Below are positions 26,741 to 29,182 of a stretch of 29,182 nt of DNA, piece by piece. Where the stretch lies: IMG/VR virus record IMGVR_UViG_3300048576_000406, positions 1-29,182 of that record, one strand, 5' to 3'. Below the pieces are notes generated by a model, which worked only from the letters and a program-made list of their open reading frames with translations, ran no database searches and had not been told where the DNA came from. Both the position numbers and the translations under genes were made by a program. The DNA is from a virus (Duplodnaviria > Caudoviricetes). How positions within the stretch are numbered: position 1 is the stretch's first letter; each line of letters begins with the position of its first letter.

Positions 26741-28021
26741 TTATTGCCACTCGGCAAGATGCCATGTGCGCTTGCCTTTTCGGATCGCGGCGAACCTCCC
26801 ATGAACGAGCCGTTCAGTCGTGACCGTAGAGCTCGGACCGCAAGTCCCGCCATTCACGGTCACCGCTCCTGCATTGAGAAGTTCCCGAGCCTCTCTTTTG
26901 CTCTCGCACAGAGCCGTCTGACAAAGAAGCTCCACCACTCCGAGTGGCGCTTTCGCAAGCTCGCCCATCGACAGAACAGTTCGCGGAACGCCCGCGAGCG
27001 CTTCCATGAGCATGTTGCCGCGAAGCTCATCGAACCTGCCGTAGAACAGCGCCGCTGCAGCTTCCTCTACTTCGCGCATCTTCACTTCTCCGTGGATGAA
27101 ACTAGTCAGATGGCGCGCCAGCGCGCGCTGCGCTTCGCGGGCTCCCGGATTGGCAGCATGCTCCTGCTCGATTGCCAGGATTTGTGTCACGGACAGGAAT
27201 GTCAGGAACCGGAGCAGCTTTCCGACTTCTGCGTCGCCCACATTCAGGAAAAACTGGTAGAAGGCGTAAGCCGAGGTCAAGTCAGCTGAAAGCCAGACTG
27301 GTCCCGCTTCCGTCTTCCCGAATTTCGTGCCGTCCGCCTTGGTCACCAGCGGGCAGGTCAACCCGTATACTGTTGCGCGAGACGTCCGCCGCACCAGGTC
27401 CACACCTGAAAGAATATTGCTCCATTGGTCAGAACCGCCGAGTTGGACCGTGACGCCATGGGCCTTTTGGAGGTGCTGAAAATCGAGGGCTTGGAATACG
27501 CCATAGAAGAACTCGGTTAACGATAACCCTTGCTGCCGACTTAGCCGGTCTTTAACCGCATCCCGCTGAATCATTTCGTTCACAGAGAAGTGCTTGCCGG
27601 TATCACGAAGTGCCTGTATCAAAGTGACATTCGACAACCAATCGAGATTGTCCACGATGATTGCGTCATTCCTTTTGCCGTCGCCGAATCTCAGCAACCG
27701 CTCGAACAGCGCTCGCTGACGCGTCTTGTTCTTCTCGATGACCGCGAGGTCGAGTAGAGGCCTCTCGGAAGACTTGCCCGAAGGATCACCGATTTGGCCT
27801 GTGGCCCCGCCCAGAACGACAACGGGGGTGTGACCGGCCTGCTGGAAACGCGCTTGGATCAGAACCGGGACGAGATTACCCACCTGGAGCGAAGGACCGG
27901 TAGGATCATATCCGCAGTAGATCGCCCGCGGCATATCGAGGTGTTCTCGCAGACCCTCGATGTCAGTGGACTGGTAGACCAGACCGCGTTCGGTCAGTTC
28001 ATCAAGAATATTTCGCGACAT
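26741..28021 (-). CDS. tyrS: Tyrosine--tRNA ligase, bacterial type, divergent (426 aa from ATG 28021; TTG 28027 alternative)
   Basis: IYCGYDPTGPSLQVGN, GGATGQIGDPSGK, Y..FQALDF, QLGGSDQW, KFGKT and AFYQFF motifs plus a C-terminal S4 domain (SKREARELL..GAVTVNG..RKGK); GAAAGGA RBS. Confidence 0.96.
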   Translation of the reverse strand: MSRNILDELTERGLVYQSTDIEGLREHLDMPRAIYCGYDPTGPSLQVGNLVPVLIQARFQQAGHTPVVVLGGATGQIGDPSGKSSERPLLDLAVIEKNKTRQRALFERLLRFGDGKRNDAIIVDNLDWLSNVTLIQALRDTGKHFSVNEMIQRDAVKDRLSRQQGLSLTEFFYGVFQALDFQHLQKAHGVTVQLGGSDQWSNILSGVDLVRRTSRATVYGLTCPLVTKADGTKFGKTEAGPVWLSADLTSAYAFYQFFLNVGDAEVGKLLRFLTFLSVTQILAIEQEHAANPGAREAQRALARHLTSFIHGEVKMREVEEAAAALFYGRFDELRGNMLMEALAGVPRTVLSMGELAKAPLGVVELLCQTALCESKREARELLNAGAVTVNGGTCGPSSTVTTERLVHGRFAAIRKGKRTWHLAEWQ

Positions 28022-28048
28022 TTTCAAGTGCTTCCTTTCCCAAGAATT

Positions 28049-28135
28049 TGGTGGGCACGGAAGGATTCGAACCTTCGAAGGCATGATGCCGGCGGATTTA
28101 CAGTCCGCGCCGTTGTCCACTTCGGTTACGTGCCC
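28049..28135 (-). tRNA. tRNA-Tyr (anticodon GTA), 87 nt, CCA encoded
   Basis: GGGCACG/CGTGCCC acceptor stem + ACCA; D stem CCG/CGG; anticodon arm GCGGA-CTGTAAA-TCCGC (anticodon 28101-28099); long variable arm GGCA-TCA-TGCC; T arm GAAGG-TTCGAAT-CCTTC. Confidence 0.96.
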
Positions 28136-28146
28136 GAAAACTCCTA

Positions 28147-29151
28147 TCACGATCGAGTGGCGATTTTCGCGAGAGACTCGGCCTTCTGAAATACGTTGTC
28201 GCCTTTGAGCTGGCCGAAGTTATTCTCATAAGCATCCGTGATAAGGCTTACCCGGGATGCCAGACTTCGCACGGCTTTGGCAGAACGTCTTGCTTCCGAG
28301 ACTTGGCCCTCATACTCAAGGGTCGCGTTCGGCCCCGTCAGCATGAAACGATCTTCTGGCGCGGCGATTTCCGTATATGGCACAGCTTTGGGCCGATCGC
28401 CGCGTAGTGTGAAGCCGGGGCGCGTATAGATCCCGCCGAACTTGGTCTGCAACTGACGTGCACGCAAATCAGTGGCCGGCTCGTGGAAGCGTCCTTCATC
28501 CACGGAGGGCGTCGGCGATGTTGACCAACCCAGCTTCAGGCAGTTGTTCGAAGCCATGTAGGCGCTGTCGGCCATGCCCCGCAGCAAATACGGCGGCAGG
28601 CCGGGCTCCAGGTTCCGCTCCCAGCCCTGCGCGAGTGCGTGATATTCCTCGAACAAGGGCTGGCCGCTCAGCGTCGAAGCCAGGAACACGTGGCATCTGA
28701 CGCCGAAGTTGTTGAAGATCTTCTTCAGGTCGCGCATGAGTCGTTCAGCTCTGAGTTGAACATTGCATTCATCCCCCCCAGTCGTGAGAGCATGCGCGTC
28801 AGCGATCAGCAAGTCGGTTTCGCATCGGAGTTGGCGGCCAAGGACCGCCATCCCGAGGATCATCTCAAGCGCGTCGAACGGGAGTCCGTTGTCGGACATA
28901 CAGCCGAATCCCGCCCATACGCTTTTCCAGCGGTGAGGCGCTGTGATAGGAGGAACTTCGGCGTGAAAAATCGGTGAGGAACTCTGCAGTTCCCCAAAGA
29001 TCGGCTGGCCGAAGGAGTCCTCGACGAGGGGTTCCGAATACCAGTCCGGATCGGACGCAGGCGGGTTCGTTTCGTTGGGCTTGCCGGTCGTGCGCTCATC
29101 TTCGCGCTCTTCGACTGCGGCTGGATACGCAAGGTCTTTCGCGGAGTTCAT
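28147..29151 (-). CDS. Uncharacterised protein with class Ic aminoacyl-tRNA synthetase-like Rossmann core (no HIGH/KMSKS); start uncertain
   Basis: 334-aa ORF ending in tandem TGA TAG. Segments VWAGFG, LLIADAHA, YLLRGMADSAYM and LKLGWS are colinear with TyrRS/TrpRS core motifs. The acidic, Pro-rich N-terminal 70 aa look disordered. Confidence 0.75.
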   Translation of the reverse strand: MNSAKDLAYPAAVEEREDERTTGKPNETNPPASDPDWYSEPLVEDSFGQPIFGELQSSSPIFHAEVPPITAPHRWKSVWAGFGCMSDNGLPFDALEMILGMAVLGRQLRCETDLLIADAHALTTGGDECNVQLRAERLMRDLKKIFNNFGVRCHVFLASTLSGQPLFEEYHALAQGWERNLEPGLPPYLLRGMADSAYMASNNCLKLGWSTSPTPSVDEGRFHEPATDLRARQLQTKFGGIYTRPGFTLRGDRPKAVPYTEIAAPEDRFMLTGPNATLEYEGQVSEARRSAKAVRSLASRVSLITDAYENNFGQLKGDNVFQKAESLAKIATRS

Positions 29152-29182
29152 GGCCCGATGTTGAACCCTGTCGGATTCAGGG

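Noticed and set aside
26711-27289. 192-aa + strand ORF antisense to tyrS
   Set aside because: No RBS and no recognisable motifs; it fully overlaps a well-conserved gene and is a typical antisense shadow frame.
28049-28135. tRNA-Tyr as the prophage integration site (attL/attR)
   Set aside because: The orientation would fit, but no integrase is adjacent and no duplicate of the tRNA 3' end was seen in the window. The tRNA is also tightly embedded between two functionally related genes. Not fully excluded without the left prophage end.
28022-28150. T-box riboswitch leader upstream of tyrS
   Set aside because: The structured element is a complete tRNA. No T-box consensus (AAGGTGGxACC-like) or terminator/antiterminator fits in the 27-nt gap.
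29166-29182. Inverted repeat CCCTG-N7-CAGGG upstream of the 334-aa ORF
   Set aside because: Only 5 bp are visible and the window edge truncates it, so an operator or hairpin cannot be supported without flanking sequence.
1-29182. CRISPR array, IS element or rRNA
   Set aside because: No regularly spaced repeats, transposase motifs or rRNA-like sequence were found; nearly all the sequence is accounted for by coding genes.

Overview
Positions 1-26655 are the co-oriented (+) morphogenesis region of a lambda-like temperate siphophage, probably a prophage in a high-GC host. In order: holin-like genes, a ParB-fused orphan DNA methyltransferase, a small antisense DUF3489 operon, gpW, portal, S49 protease with a nested scaffold, head decoration, major capsid, head-tail connectors, tail tube, tail chaperones joined by a -1 frameshift, tape measure, a lysozyme-like protein, Dit, an accessory fibre module, a fused tail-tip protein, a large TIM-barrel-like virion protein and a tail fibre. 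No terminase, integrase or att site is visible. The most unusual part is a tightly packed minus-strand cassette (26741-29151) directly after the tail fibre. It holds a 334-aa protein that aligns by eye with a TyrRS catalytic core but lacks HIGH/KMSKS (reminiscent of cyclodipeptide synthases), then an atypical tRNA-Tyr(GTA) 11 nt downstream, then a divergent tyrosyl-tRNA synthetase whose HIGH motif reads QVGN. This looks like a self-contained system that supplies and consumes Tyr-tRNA. All family assignments come from motif recognition and synteny; no searches were run.
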